Assembly: GCA_003427395.1 (NCBI GenBank)
Contig: BFEA01000011.1
Coordinates: 5,528,336-5,592,335 of the forward strand
From: Chara braunii
Taxonomy: Eukaryota; Plantae; Charophyceae
Direction of reading: 5' to 3'
DNA length: 64,000 bases
Positions 24,361 through 37,096 of the stretch are shown piece after piece; the stretch's first letter is position 1; each line of letters begins with the position of its first letter. The translations under genes and the position numbers were made by a program. The notes beneath the pieces were generated by a model, which saw nothing but the letters and a program-made list of their open reading frames with translations, was not told the DNA's origin and made no database searches.

Positions 24361-25034
24361 GTCTACGATTTACCGGGAAGTTCTGTTTGGCGATATATAT
24401 AGATATAGATATAGATATAGATACGTTTAGGGAAAAAAATAACAACATTATGAGAGGTTCTTAAATTTTGCAACCCCGATATTTTTTAATTTATTTTTTG
24501 CTCGACTAAATCAAACGAAAATTTACAAGTAGTTGGTAGACTATCTAAAAAGAAAAATAAAAAAAACCCGAAATAGGTTTTGACGGACATTAAACCGCTA
24601 ATGAAAAGGGGCTTGAATCCCTTAACAGATGTGGGAGAGGTTCAACCACCACCCTGAACGTTCGACTACCCTTGAGAAATTTTGAGCATTTTCAAGGCTT
24701 GTTTAAACTTATATTTTTAAAACTCTAACAAATGACAAACTTAACCATCTCAAACCATGACCCAAAATAAAATAGAAAACAAAACAGATAAAATATTATT
24801 TATATTTTTTTATGGTTAACCTATGTGTTGGAAAGTGAGAGTTTTTATCACACACTTCTGAATTAAATGGTTACGTTCAAAGAAATATGTAGTTTAACCA
24901 CCCTTTCTAAGGTGCAACCTTACCTTTTTAAAAATAATTTATATACAAATAATGTGTAGTTAAATCATAATTCTCGTGGTGTAGTTAAATAACAATATAA
25001 AAAATAAAAAATAATCATATTATTCTCTGTCAAG

Positions 25035-25328
25035 CTAGGCTACCAGCCGGGCCGCCTGGGTCACCCTATTTTTCCGTGCAGCCCGGCCGTACAAGGATCA
25101 GGGAATGTCCCAGCAAAAAACAAAAAAATAAAAAATAAAAAAAATATGAAAAACAACTGTATTATGCAAAAACAAAAACTGAACAACTTTTGTTTGAGGG
25201 TCACATCGAAATTCTTTACCAAATTTAAGTTAAAAATTTTAATCAAAAGATAATTTTTATTTTTTTATTTTTTTATTTTTTTATTTCATTTTGGCCCGGT
25301 CAGGACCCGGGCCACTCTGGTAGCCTAG
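25035..25328. mobile_element. MITE, CTAGGCTACCAG family (best-preserved copy, 294 bp)
   Basis: Perfect 12-bp TIRs and a perfect 8-bp TSD CTGTCAAG (25027-25034 and 25329-25336). Confidence 0.92.
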
Positions 25329-25613
25329 CTGTCAAGACTATTGCGAATCTTATAAAATAAACGAAGAGTAAATAAACAAACAATTTGATATTCCTCTTTG
25401 TAATCTAACTAGGTCTCTTAAAATAAAAAAAACTCAAACAGAAATGCAACAAGGTGATTTACTATAAAGTCTAATCGATTTAAAAAAAAAAAATCTTAAA
25501 ATAATATACAATTGAATTACTTACAATTAGTTTTATTCAAACCTATTGTATAAAAATAATTTCAAAGATTTGTTTGTTTTTTTTACACGCTTATTTTTTT
25601 TTTTATACCTTAA

Positions 25614-25813
25614 ATCACTCGTACCTCTGCTGTGTGGGAAAATAGTGGGTTTTGGATAAACCTTTGACCTTTTAAAAGGTTAAAACAAAACGTTGGCGAC
25701 CGACAAGATATATCAATGGCAACCGTCGTCCGACCGGACCTCCAAATTCTCAGGAGTTTGGAAAAATTGTCACTTATCCGTACTTTCCCAACACTTACAG
25801 AGATACTAGTGGT
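25614..25813. mobile_element. TTAA-targeting MITE (ACCAC family)
   Basis: TTAA|ATCACTCGTACCTCTG ... CAGAGATACTAGTGGT|TTAA. Internal similarity to 63101-63238. Confidence 0.7.
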
Positions 25814-26170
25814 TTAACATACAATTTAAATTTGGTATAACAATAGTCACAAAAAAGCTGGTAAAGGGTCGTATGGATAACGTTATGTAAGATGTAATTA
25901 GTTTTCCCTCACCATCTTTGACTTTGAAAACTACCTATAAGTTGCTATTTTTATTAATAGTAAAAAATTCATTGGAATTAACAGATTGCAATCTCATGTT
26001 ATGATTATTATAAAATCAAATTTGTTATGCTCATGTATAAATATTTGTTCTTACATAGTAAAAAAAAAAAAAAAAACGAACAACTTCTAAAGTTGCACAC
26101 GACACAATGAATTATTTGAAAAAAACTTTTTAAGAGGGTATTTAAGATTACTAGTAAATATTGTATCAGA

Positions 26171-27647
26171 CAAGGTTGTTAGGCCGAATGTTCGGAGGCC
26201 CCTAAGGTGACCCCCGAACGTTGGGGCACTCGGGGACCCGTACGGACCCCGCGAAAAATTATTTTAACACCCAAATATTATTATTTGTTTTTGATTTATT
26301 TTTGTGAGTTCTTTGTGATGTAAGAAATCTCCTGCTTAATTTTTAAGTAAATTTTGTTCAACCCAAAAAAAAAGAAAAATCCTCAACGGTGGTGGTGTCA
26401 AAACTTGCTTGCTTACTCACAAGTTTTTTTTTTTTTTTTNNNNNNNNNNNNNNNNNNNNNNNNNNNNNNNNNNNNNNNNNNNNNNNNNNNNNNNNNNNNN
26501 NNNNNNNNNNNNNNNNNNNNNNNNNNNNNNNNNNNNNNNNNNNNNNNNNNNNNNNNNNNNNNNNNNNNNNNNNNNNNNNNNNNNNNNNNNNNNNNNNNNN
26601 NNNNNNNNNNNNNNNNNNNNNNNNNNNNNNNNNNNNNNNNNNNNNNNNNNNNNNNNNNNNNNNNNNNNNNNNNNNNNNNNNNNNNNNNNNNNNNNNNNNN
26701 NNNNNNNNNNNNNNNNNNNNNNNNNNNNNNNNNNNNNNNNNNNNNNNNNNNNNNNNNNNNNNNNNNNNNNNNNNNNNNNNNNNNNNNNNNNNNNNNNNNN
26801 NNNNNNNNNNNNNNNNNNNNNNNNNNNNNNNNNNNNNNNNNNNNNNNNNNNNNNNNNNNNNNNNNNNNNNNNNNNNNNNNNNNNNNNNNNNNNNNNNNNN
26901 NNNNNNNNNNNNNNNNNNNNNNNNNNNNNNNNNNNNNNNNNNNNNNNNNNNNNNNNNNNNNNNNNNNNNNNNNNNNNNNNNNNNNNNNNNNNNNNNNNNN
27001 NNNNNNNNNNNNNNNNNNNNNNNNNNNNNNNNNNAAATCTGAAAAAAAAGATATGTTATGGAGAAAAATAAATTAAACAAGATTTGCCTGAGCATTACGT
27101 CCGAATTCCTTACCAAATTTGAAATAAAAATAAATACACAGAACAAATACTAATAATAAAAATAAAAAGAGAATTAAATTTAGTGAATGTGCGAGCATGT
27201 TTTCGACACCGCCATCTTTGGCGATTTTTTATTTTTTTTGGGCATAGCTAAATGCCCTGAAAATTTATAGATGTGTATTTCACATAATACAAAACCCACT
27301 AAAAAAGTTTCAAAAAATAATAAAAGTTTTTAGACACCAGCCTAAAGTGAAAACAAAAAGTAAAAAGTGAAAAAAAACGTGGGCGAGCACGTTTTCACAC
27401 CGCCATCTTTGGCGATTTTTAATTTTTATTTGGCTAAGCCAAATGACTTGAAAACTGATAAGCATGTACCTCACGTCATAGAGAAGTCGTCAAAAACAAT
27501 TCAGGAAAAAAAAAAAAAAATTAGGCCCCGAAATAATTTTTGGAGGGGGCCTAACGCCGTCGGGTTTGGGCCCCGTACGGGACCCTTAACGCTCGAACGT
27601 ACGGAGGTCCACCCGGGGGCCTCCGTACGTACGGGCTGGTAACCCTG
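26171..27647. mobile_element. Non-autonomous hAT-like element(s) (YAGGGTT family) spanning a gap
   Basis: Starts CAAGGTTGTTAGG and ends GGTAACCCTG, with GC-rich subterminal inverted regions and ACACCGCCATCTTTGGCG repeats. No TSD match, so the two halves may be different copies. Confidence 0.55.
26440..27034. other. Assembly gap (N run)
   Basis: Run of n. Confidence 1.
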
Positions 27648-28720
27648 ACTTCAATAACGTTATCGTGCTCAATAAGTTTCATTGGATATCCCAATTTATT
27701 AATTTAGTTGACAATAATCAAAACCTTTTAACTATGCACGTTACTTCATTGCAATAGGATATAAGTATATAAAACAATGATATCTTACATTATATTTTCG
27801 ATTTTATGGTAATATATGTCATTCCATGATTTTTTATTATTATATTTTTATTGTTGTTGTAAGAGTGTACTCACACTCGTAACTTTCAAGATGTTTAAAC
27901 CACCATTACAATGAGATTTTGTACATCGAATGAGTCAACTTCTTTTATTATTGCATAACGATTTTCGATTTCATTGTCATATATGTCATTATAGGATCTT
28001 ACATGATACGACATTACATATATATATTTATCAATCATGCCTTCGATAATACTATATATTTAATGAGCAAAAAAAAAATCACATACACGATACTTGCAAA
28101 ATGTTTATTAGATCATTATAGAAACGAGAAAAAAGGTTGTTCACCCTGGTGATTTTTTATATGAGTTTGATATGTTTGATGAGTATGAGTAGTTAAACCT
28201 GATAGTTATCCATATGGTGAATTCCCCCAGTAGCCATGTAATATCGGAGAATGATTAATAGTTTTTATCTTATTTTATCTTTATCGATCATGGTATAAAA
28301 ATAATCTTTATCGTGATGAGTTGTCAAATTATTTGAGTTTTTATAAGTTTTTTTGTACTATTGTAAAGGTGCACCTATATTATAAATTTTGAAAACGTCT
28401 CTGACCACATCTACTATAATATATTGTTTATTTAGATAGTACAACTTAATATCGGTGAGATGGTCTTCCACATGTGATTAATCATATGTAATTATTTGGT
28501 CCCTTCTTCTCTCAGTTTGCATGATATGTTACTTGCTGTAATTTTCATTCATACAACGTACACACATTATGTTAAAGCTTCATTAAAAAGTTTGGTCAAT
28601 TTAAATTAGTTCGAAAATTTGAATATAACACGTATGTACTTGAATGAGTTTTTTTTTACTTAAAATATATTATACTTTATTTGATAATATGTTTTGAAAT
28701 AAAAAATTAATTAAAAAAAA

Positions 28721-28978
28721 ACGAAACAATTTATCACAATCCCTCGTTTGTTGTTCTCTTCTCCCTTTCTGCCTTTTATTAGAAAATTATGTTTAATTAT
28801 ATAGATAGATAGATAAATAGATATATATAGATATCGTCAAACAAAGTTGCCCGATAAACCGCAGTAAGGGAAAGAAAAACACAACAAACGAGGTATTGTG
28901 ACAAACTGTTCGTCGGAGTTTCACCGACTCATCAGGAGGCTGAACCCTATCGTCAAACAAAGTTACCCGGTAAACCGT
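28721..28978 (-). repeat. Tandem and inverted cluster of the ~120-bp hammerhead-core repeat
   Basis: Plus-strand partial copy 28721-28776, minus-strand full copy 28833-28944 (CTGATGA GTCGG TGAAACT CCGAC GAA CAGTTTGTC), and minus-strand partial tandem copy 28949-28978. Embedded in TAGA/TA repeats. Confidence 0.75.
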
Positions 28979-28993
28979 GTGCATATATATATC

Positions 28994-29729
28994 CATGGTT
29001 GTCAGGTCGAACGTTCGAGGTTTCCCGGGTTGACTCCCGAACGTTTGATCGTTTGAGGTCTCATTCTGGGTTCGAACCTGAAGGAGTTCACCCCCCCCCA
29101 AAAAAAAAAATTCAGGATCTATTTTTTTTTTCCATGAGTTTTTCATGAGATGCGCTACATGCATATAAATTTTCAAGGTATTTTTCTACGCCAACAAAAA
29201 ATGAAAAATTTCCAAAGATGGCCGCGTTAAAACGTGCTCGGCTACTCCCATTTTTGTTTTTCATTTTTCACTTTCTGTTTTGATTTTATTTTGGTACCTT
29301 GTATATTTTATTATTTTTTAAAATTTTTTAATGAGCTTTATATTATATAAAATACACATCTGTAAATTTTATGAGCATTTGGCTATGCCAAGAAAAAGTG
29401 AAAAATTACCAAAGATGGCGGTGTCAAAAATGTGCTCGCCCACTCACTAATTTTAATTAACTTTCTATTTATTTTTCCTCCTATTATTATTTTCGTTTTA
29501 TATTATTTTTATTTCATATTTAGTAAGGAATTCATATGTAACGATGAGATAAATGTTGTTGGTTTTTGTTTTCTACATAACATATATATTTTTTAAACTT
29601 TCTTGATTTTTTTTTTTGATTTATTTATTTATTTTTTTAAGGTCCGCGTTCGGCCTGAATGGCCGAACACATGCCCAAGGGGGACCGAAAGTTCCGCAGA
29701 TTAGGGTTCAAGAGTTCAGTCGAACCCTA
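28994..29729. mobile_element. Non-autonomous hAT-like element (YAGGGTT family)
   Basis: CATGGTTGTCAGG ... GTCGAACCCTA ends, AAAGATGGCGGTGTCAAAA motifs, flanked by (TA)n. Confidence 0.6.
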
Positions 29730-30149
29730 CATATATATATATATCAAAAATAAGTATTTGGTTTGTTACATCGAGTGAATGAATATGACAATAGATGAGG
29801 GACTGTGATAATTTTTATGAAAATATCATTGACTCATAAAAAAAGCGAACCCAATGAGATATATACAATATTTTTTTTCTTCTTAAGTTGCGTCTTGCAA
29901 AACTTAGTACTTGTATTTCAAATGCAACGCATGATACATTATATATTATTGCAGTGCACTCTCTACCTTAAATTAGTGTAACGAAAGTTTGTCATAATTG
30001 GAATAAGTTTGTAGTCGATTAAGTCGATCAATTGAAAGATCAACTGTTGTGTGGACGATGATAGTCAATTTGATTGATCGATCGAAAGATCGAGTGCCTT
30101 TTGGGGGAATAGTCGATAGTAAGATGATCCAAATCAAACGCATTGTTAA

Positions 30150-31198
30150 ACCACTGCTGCTCCTGCCATCGTAAAGTAGGGGGACCGGTAGCAGAAATCT
30201 ATGAGGGCTACCGATAGCGCAGTGGGGGAAGTGGCGGAGTGGCAAAATTGGAATATGCATCGAATTGCCCCCGTGATTTATTTCGGGGTTGAAATAATTA
30301 AAAAAAAAAAAAAAAAAAAAATTCATAAAAAGATCAGAACGAAATTTGCATACCCTCAAAGTTTCAAAAATTTTAGAATATTGTATTGAACATTAAAAAT
30401 TGTTGAAGTCGGGGTACTTTTCTCGTTGGGCAACACGTGATAGAGCGACAAAAATGAAATCTGAGACGAATTGGCGCGATATTTTTTTCACGGTCTTAAA
30501 TATTTTTTTGAATTTTTTAAATATTTTTCATGAAAATTTCACGACCAAGTCTACAGGCATGTGAATTTGCAGAGTTGTCGAGTCATCCTTCTGAGTGCAA
30601 AAAAACGCGAAAGCCAGGGTACGTTTTTCATTGGCCCACACGTTGTGGAGTGACAAAAATAAAAATTGAGAGGAAACGGCGTGACATTTATTTCACCTTT
30701 TTTTTTTTTTTTTTTTCATAGAAATATCACAATCTAATCTACAAGATCCTAGGCTACCAGTCGGGCCGCCTGGGTCCCATGTGGCCAGCCCATGCAAGGA
30801 CCAGGGAAGGTCCCCCCCCCCAAAAAAAAAAAACAAATATAAAAAATCCGAACAAAAACTATGTTATGCAGAAAAATAAAATGAATAACTTTTGCATTAG
30901 GGTCACATCGAAATTCTTCACCAAATTTAAAATTAAAAATAATAATAAAAAAAATATATATATATTTTTATTTTTTTGGCCTGGCTGGGCAAGTGACCCC
31001 CGGCCACTTTGGTAGCCTAGAAAGGATCTCAAATTTTCAGATTTTTTCCGTAATTATTATGAGCTCAAAAAATCGCTAAAGTTGATAATTGAAAATCCCT
31101 GACTGGACCCGGATGCATCTGCCAGTCGCCGCCCCCCCTAAGAACCTGGTTCGTAAGGCCAGGAAAGCTGAATTTAGGCCGGTGAGGGTAGTGGTGGT
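30150..31198. mobile_element. TTAA-flanked TIR element (ACCAC family) containing a nested MITE
   Basis: TTAA|ACCACTGCTGCTC ... GGGTAGTGGTGGT|TTAA, with an internal direct repeat at 30410-30560 / 30615-30745. Confidence 0.55.
30749..31020. mobile_element. MITE, CTAGGCTACCAG family
   Basis: CTAGGCTACCAG ... TTGGTAGCCTAG, flanks ACAAGATC / AAAGGATC (6/8). Confidence 0.85.
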
Positions 31199-33107
31199 TT
31201 AAGTAGCTGTCGAGTCTGTTGGGTTCTTATCTGCTCGTTTATTTCCTTTTTGGTTAATGTACTTATGAATAAGCAGAGTTCGTCCGACTGTGACTGACTT
31301 AATTAGTGAACTTGATCCGGGTCGCATACAAAGCAAACTTATCCTAGGGCTTTAAGAACGAAAGTATGTCGGCTGAATGTTGTGATCACTGGAACAAAAT
31401 AGGCGAATCTTATCTGTGTAGGACTTTTTCTTTGGGGGGAGGTCGAGGGGGGATGGGATAACCTAACGGACAAACGGACTGATGTAGATAGGGTGCGATC
31501 ACGCCCCCTAACTCCTTCCCTCCCGTTGTTCCCACTGACCGAGTTTGCGACCCTGCCACACCTGGCGAGTGTGGGCTAGAGGCTGGCCTGGCCTGAAATT
31601 TCCTGATCCTTTGCTGGTCGATCTTCGTCTGTCCATGCTTGCCGTTGATAAGCAAAGGGACTGATGCCACCCAGAATGGAAGGGGCCTGGGTTTTGTGAA
31701 AAAAGAGGGCACGTTTTCAGTTCTAAATCCACTTCAGGCGTCCCTCAAATACAATACATCCCCACCCAACCCTCCAGCTGGGCTGGATACAGTCACAATT
31801 TTCCTGGAAAAGGTGACTGAAACACATTTAAAACTGAAAACCTTGACTGTGGCCTAGTTTTCCCAACTATGTAGATCAGAGCAGTCAGGCGGACAGTGAT
31901 GGCTCTGTAGGTAGTAACAGTCATGGGAAAGGAGGTCATTATCGAGGCAGAGAGTGAGGCAGAGCAGTTAGGCCGAAGGAGGTCCTTACCGAGCTAGAGT
32001 TCACGCAGAGAGCAGCAGTCAGGCCAAAGGAGGTCATTACCGAGCCAGAGACAGTTCCCGCTGCAGGCTGCCTGATGCCGGCGCTACGGCGCTGGGGGTG
32101 GGCTTGTCGAAAGTGACGGCCGAAAAGTGGAGCGACTTGTTCTTAGGTTTGACGCCGCATTTCCGCTACCGCGTGGGGTCTAGCGTTTTGTCCTATCTTG
32201 CGTGCGTTGCCGCCAGCTTGCGAAGGCCCCCCTACCACTTCCCACATTCTCATCGTTCGCTACCTTGACTGGACTCGACTGGCCCGGACTGGACTAGGCC
32301 CGACTGGCGCAGTTGATGCATGGAATTTGCGTGGCGCAACCCCTACAGCGCAGCCCTGCTGCCCACCGACCCTCTCCCCAACCCACCCACCCAAGCGAAA
32401 CCGTGGAGCAGCTCATCGAGAAGTGGGAGCGAAACCGACGAGGGAGCGCATCTGAGTGCCACGTCCTCACTCTCCGTCCCTCCTTGGTGGTTTGCTTGAT
32501 GTTTGAGGACGGTGGATGTTCTTGGATATGGAGTTTGGCTTCGGCGGTGAACACGGCCTTCCCGCTCTTGAATGTCGTCCATACGTTATCTTGTCGTCTC
32601 TGTGAATAGCCCGATGTGCTGATACTCGGTTTCTAATGCTCCTCCAAAGCGAAACAGCGTTCTCTTCTTTGGCGTTGCGAAGAGCAGCGAAGATCGTGGA
32701 ATTGTCGCTATTGCTGCTGGGCTTGGGTATTGATTCCAATCAGAGTTTTGGTTGTGCGCTAAGCGAGCGTCTCCCAATCACAGTTTACTGCCCTGCTTCC
32801 TGAAGGCGGCGAGGAACGAAACGTTTGGGGGTTGGGACAGAGGAAAGATTTGCAGCTTTCGCCAAGGAACGGAACGTTTAGGGGTTGGAAGGGGAAGGGG
32901 GAAAGGTTTGGAGCCTGTGGAGGAGTGGTGGACCTGTGAACGAACGGCGATGTGGAGGAAACCCTGCGCTCTCGGTTTTCGGTTTTGAGTTTTCGGTACA
33001 GCGAAGAGATGGTACGTTTCCATATCATTTTCTCGATGTGCACGTGCGTGCTCCCTTATTCATCTCTCCCTTTCGCATCATCTTTCCTCCTCCTTCTGTA
33101 ACTGCCC

Positions 33108-33168
33108 CCTCCGAAGCCCTTTCCTCCGAAGCCCTTTCCGCCGAAGCCCTTTCCGCCGAAGCTCTCCC
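33108..33168. repeat. 15-bp minisatellite (CCGAAGCCCTTTCCK) x4
   Basis: Directly visible, and reads as SEALS/AEALS repeats in the ORF track. Confidence 0.8.
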
Positions 33169-36100
33169 CTCTGTCTCGGCTAGCAACAATACCACTAATC
33201 CTGTTATCTCCGTTCGCGCGCATCCCGAATAACGGACGTATTTACTTGGCTCGCAGTTTCGCGCGCTTTTTGCGAGTCCCTTTCCCACTAGCTCTCCGCC
33301 CTTTTTTTATTCTATGGCTTCCACCTTCTGTGTTATCTCATGATGTAGATGCTCTCCTTTCTCTGGCGACTTGTCGTCGCCTGAAGTAATTCATAAGACG
33401 AGAAAACGGGAGAGTAGCTCGGATGGGCAAGTCATCTTTATCGCCGTCCTGATCATATCATCCCTTCAGCAGCATAGACGAACGGAGTGTCTTCTGGCTG
33501 CGTTGTGCGTCGTGCTTTGCCCATGGGGAATTCGCAGTGGCGCTTGCGCCTACTTGCCTCTTTCTCGTGTTTCTCCACTTCCTTTTATCAGTTTCTGGTC
33601 CAACGTCCCGTCTGGCGCACGTGGTACAAGGGCCTCCCTTCTTATCTATCTCATGTCGGGCTCCCCTTCTCTTCATATACGCGTACCGCCGATGCAGCTT
33701 GAGTTCGTCTTCGAAAAAATGCCCAAGTGTTGGTAGTCTTGTTTCGTCTCTCGTTTCGCCCCGACCCTCGAACCGCCGTTCTCTCCCCCGCTTATCCCCT
33801 CTGTGACCTCTTGCGCTTGTTTTGACGTATGCCATGCTGAGCATTTCATTTCATCGTGCCCAAGTTAAGCTTACCGCAGTTGGCGCGTTTGCCCCTTTTT
33901 TCGCTGCTCGCGTCGTGCTTCTCTCGCTTTCCCGTCTAGTTGTTTCCCGTTTTCTCTTGTACCTTTTCTGCACGCCTGGAGGTCATATCGTGTCGTGCGT
34001 ATCTCTTGCCTTTTCCGTTGTGGTCGACACTTCCCTGTGGTCTTTTTCGCACGCCTGTACCACGTCGTACCACGTCGTGGGTGGGCGCACCCTTTATATC
34101 CTGCGGTTGTGTCCCACCAAACTTCCACCCGCGCTCTACGCACCCTAGACGTTTTTCTCACGCGGCTTTTCCGTGTTCTGTTCTCGTCTTATATATGACC
34201 TAGAGCCTTTGCCGTTCCTACGTCGCCGACTTATGATCGTTCCGTTCGGCGCAATGACCCTCGTCCGTCGCCCTGATTCTTCGTGTTTTCTCCGTCTCCA
34301 GTAGTCCAGTCCATTTCCTACCTTCACTGCTTTCAGCCGCCCGGCATCGTCCGTCCTCGCCCTTTTCGTTTCAGTCCCTTCTTCTTTTTGGTAATTACAC
34401 TTTTGTTTAATCAAGGCCCCATTTCTCATATACCCTCGTTTGCACGAGTTTTGTTCTGGCAACGTAGAGATTGCTTCTTACCTTGCATGACAATTTCTGC
34501 TCTGTCCAGACAATAAAACCCTCTCTTGTAGCGCCCAATTTCATTTTCCCCTTCGCTGATCCCTCGTTCTCCTTGTTTTTACTGCGGACGGCGCCTCTCA
34601 CGCCTGTGAACTCCTTTCCTTCCTGCCATCCCTCTCTCTCCCTTTGTTGTCAACATACACGCGCTCACGCAATGCGGTTTAGTTTTTTCCATTTCTTTCG
34701 TTCGTTGCTGCAGCAGGTCATCGTCATTGCTCTCGGCTTCCATGTCTTTCTTCTCCTGAAGTTTCCTTGCCCATTTTCTAGCACAGTCCTTTGCCCGGCC
34801 TAGTTTTCTCGGGTAGGCGACTCAGTAATTTGCGCAATGTTCCACGTTCTTGCGGGAGCGCGGGACCTCCTCCTCCCGTCTTCCCCCCCCCGGGCCCACG
34901 CCCCCCGCTGTCGGCCTATGGTATTGCAGTGCACTGCGCGGATCATCCGCTCTTCTCCTTGTTACTTTTTTAGTCTCGTGTTCCTCGTTTTCTTGTTGTT
35001 CACGTCGAACTGACCGCGGTCTCTCGTCTCCGTGTTGTTCTCCCCCTCCACTGTTCGTTTTCACTGGTCGTCGGGTAGCTTTTTTTTCTTGCAGTTTACC
35101 GGCGGCTCATCCTCCCTTTACGCACCGTCCGAAGCTGTAGTCCTTAACGGGTCCACTTTTTCGTCATTTTCCTGTGGCTCTTTTGATGTGCTGTTCCCGG
35201 TCTCTCAATTTGTTCCCATATTTATCAGACTCTGTTTCTCCATATCTTGCTGACTCTGTACCGATGCTCGTCGTTGGTGTTTCCGGGCTTTATTCTTCGG
35301 GATAGTGTGTCTACGACGCGTCTAAGATTTTCTATCTATGCCGACGCACTTGATGTTACCTGTCTTTACATCAGGTGATTCGCCGCGTGTGTAGAGGTTA
35401 CGAGGGCTCTCCCCGTCGGTTTCTGCAATGGGATTGCCATCTTCTCGCTGCATCTGCTTCCCTCTTACCTTAGTCTAAATAAAACATACGCATGCTCCCT
35501 AGCTTTTTTACGTATCCATATCGTTGTCAGGAAACTCTTTCCCATAGTCTATAACCCATGTGCATGCTTTGCCAACCTTTTTACGCGTCCATACCGTCGT
35601 CAGGAAACCCTTCACCTTATCCTAATCCATATGCACGACTCCATCTTGTGCGTTGGTAAACTTTACTGCTGCGGACGGAACGTCGTGGTCCGTTGCTCTG
35701 CTCCCCTCCTTACTCCCTTCTGTGTCAAATGTTGTGTGAAATGTGTCTGAACTCACCTTCGCGTCTACAATTTTCGACGTTTGTATGCTTTTTCTTTATC
35801 TTCGTTAGTTGTCAGTTACTTTGGTTTTCGGATGGATAGTGCTTGCTGCTGACTTGTCGCATTGCAGAGATCGCCGAATGATTCACCATCAGGGGTGGAT
35901 GTGGGACTGGACAAATGTTGAACGAGCAGAGCCGGTTACCCCTGCAGGGGCTTATTCTTTCTCTCTGGATTATAGTCTGGGTCGGTCCTTGCTGCGGACG
36001 AGGGTTTCGATGTGTGCCGCTCTCTGTGTTCGGTCTCGGGATTGCCTTGTGAACCTCGAAAAAAGAAACACGCTTTTTGGAGGATTGCCTGTGGCGGACC

Positions 36101-36591
36101 TCGCCGTCTTAGACGGGGGTGGAGATTAAGGAGTGCTCTGACATGGGATCAGCGACTTCCTCTCGCTAAACTTCGCGCTGATTGTAATCGCTTTGGATCT
36201 CGTATAAGGATCGGTGAATGGATTTTGTTCGAGGGAGTTCGGTGGAATTTCAGGTGAACGGGGCACAGATGTATTTCAATTAACTCTTCAAGTGGGTGTG
36301 AAGATGGAAACCTGGCGGCAGGGTCGACGAGATGATGGGATTGTGTATTTGGTTGGGTCCTGTTGAGGAAGGTCAATCGAGATGGATATACCGGCGCTTA
36401 CCGTGTCTCGTTCTCTGTGAAAGGTGAAACGTTGGGTAATGTGTCAGGGTAATACCTCTGTGCTTTTGCCGGTTGGCGAGAGGTTATGTGAATGTGGGAG
36501 CGTGTGTGCGCGTGTTTCTGTCTGTCGACGAGAGCTTATGTAAATGTGTGAGTTGTGTGCGCGCCTGTTTGTCTGAGGATGTGTCTATGTT

Positions 36592-36661
<70 letters not shown>
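36592..36661. repeat. Compound (TG)n(AG)n microsatellite upstream of the CK2-beta start
   Basis: Directly visible. Similar tracts at 40306-40338, 40441-40499, 43064-43099, 49928-49993 and 56753-56782. Confidence 0.9.
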
Positions 36662-36665
<4 letters not shown>

Positions 36666-36795
36666 TATGGATTGATGGGAAGCGTGGGATGTATGCGATG
36701 CAGGTATGACCGAACGGACGTCAAGGAATCGCCAAGGACGGGTCATTGGCGATTTTGTTTGGAGCGAAGCTCCTTGTGAGATTTAGGGCGAGGAT

Positions 36796-37096
36796 ATGTA
36801 CAAAGAGAGTGGTCTTGTTCAGGCAGGTGAAGGCCGAGGAGGTGGTGGAGGTACGCGGCAAGATAATTTTGGGTCGAGTGCAAGGGAGCCGGGATTGGGG
36901 AATGATATTGTGAAGAAGCGAGGAGAGGACGGAGTGGATAAGTCTGCGCCTTCGACGTCGAAAGGAAATGGTGCACGTGACAAGGAGCCACGCATTTCCA
37001 ATCCATCCACATCCTCGGTTCGCAGAAGTAGTGGTGCGGCTCCGGCGAATGAACTTAGGCCACCATCATACGACAAGACCAAGTATCCTGAAGACG
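36796..37096 (+). CDS. CKB: Casein kinase II regulatory subunit beta, coding exon 1 (plant-type N-terminal extension)
   Basis: MYKESG...KYPED followed by donor G|GTAAGT. Phase 1 joins exon 2 in frame. The MYKE start resembles land-plant CKB N-termini. Confidence 0.8.

Noticed and set aside
4981-27146. ORFs rich in X around 5.1, 24.1 and 26.4 kb
   Set aside because: Artefacts of translating through N-gaps.
32300-33290. Protein-coding gene or LINE remnant upstream of CK2 beta
   Set aside because: Many overlapping short ORFs, no convincing domain motif and no consistent splice structure.
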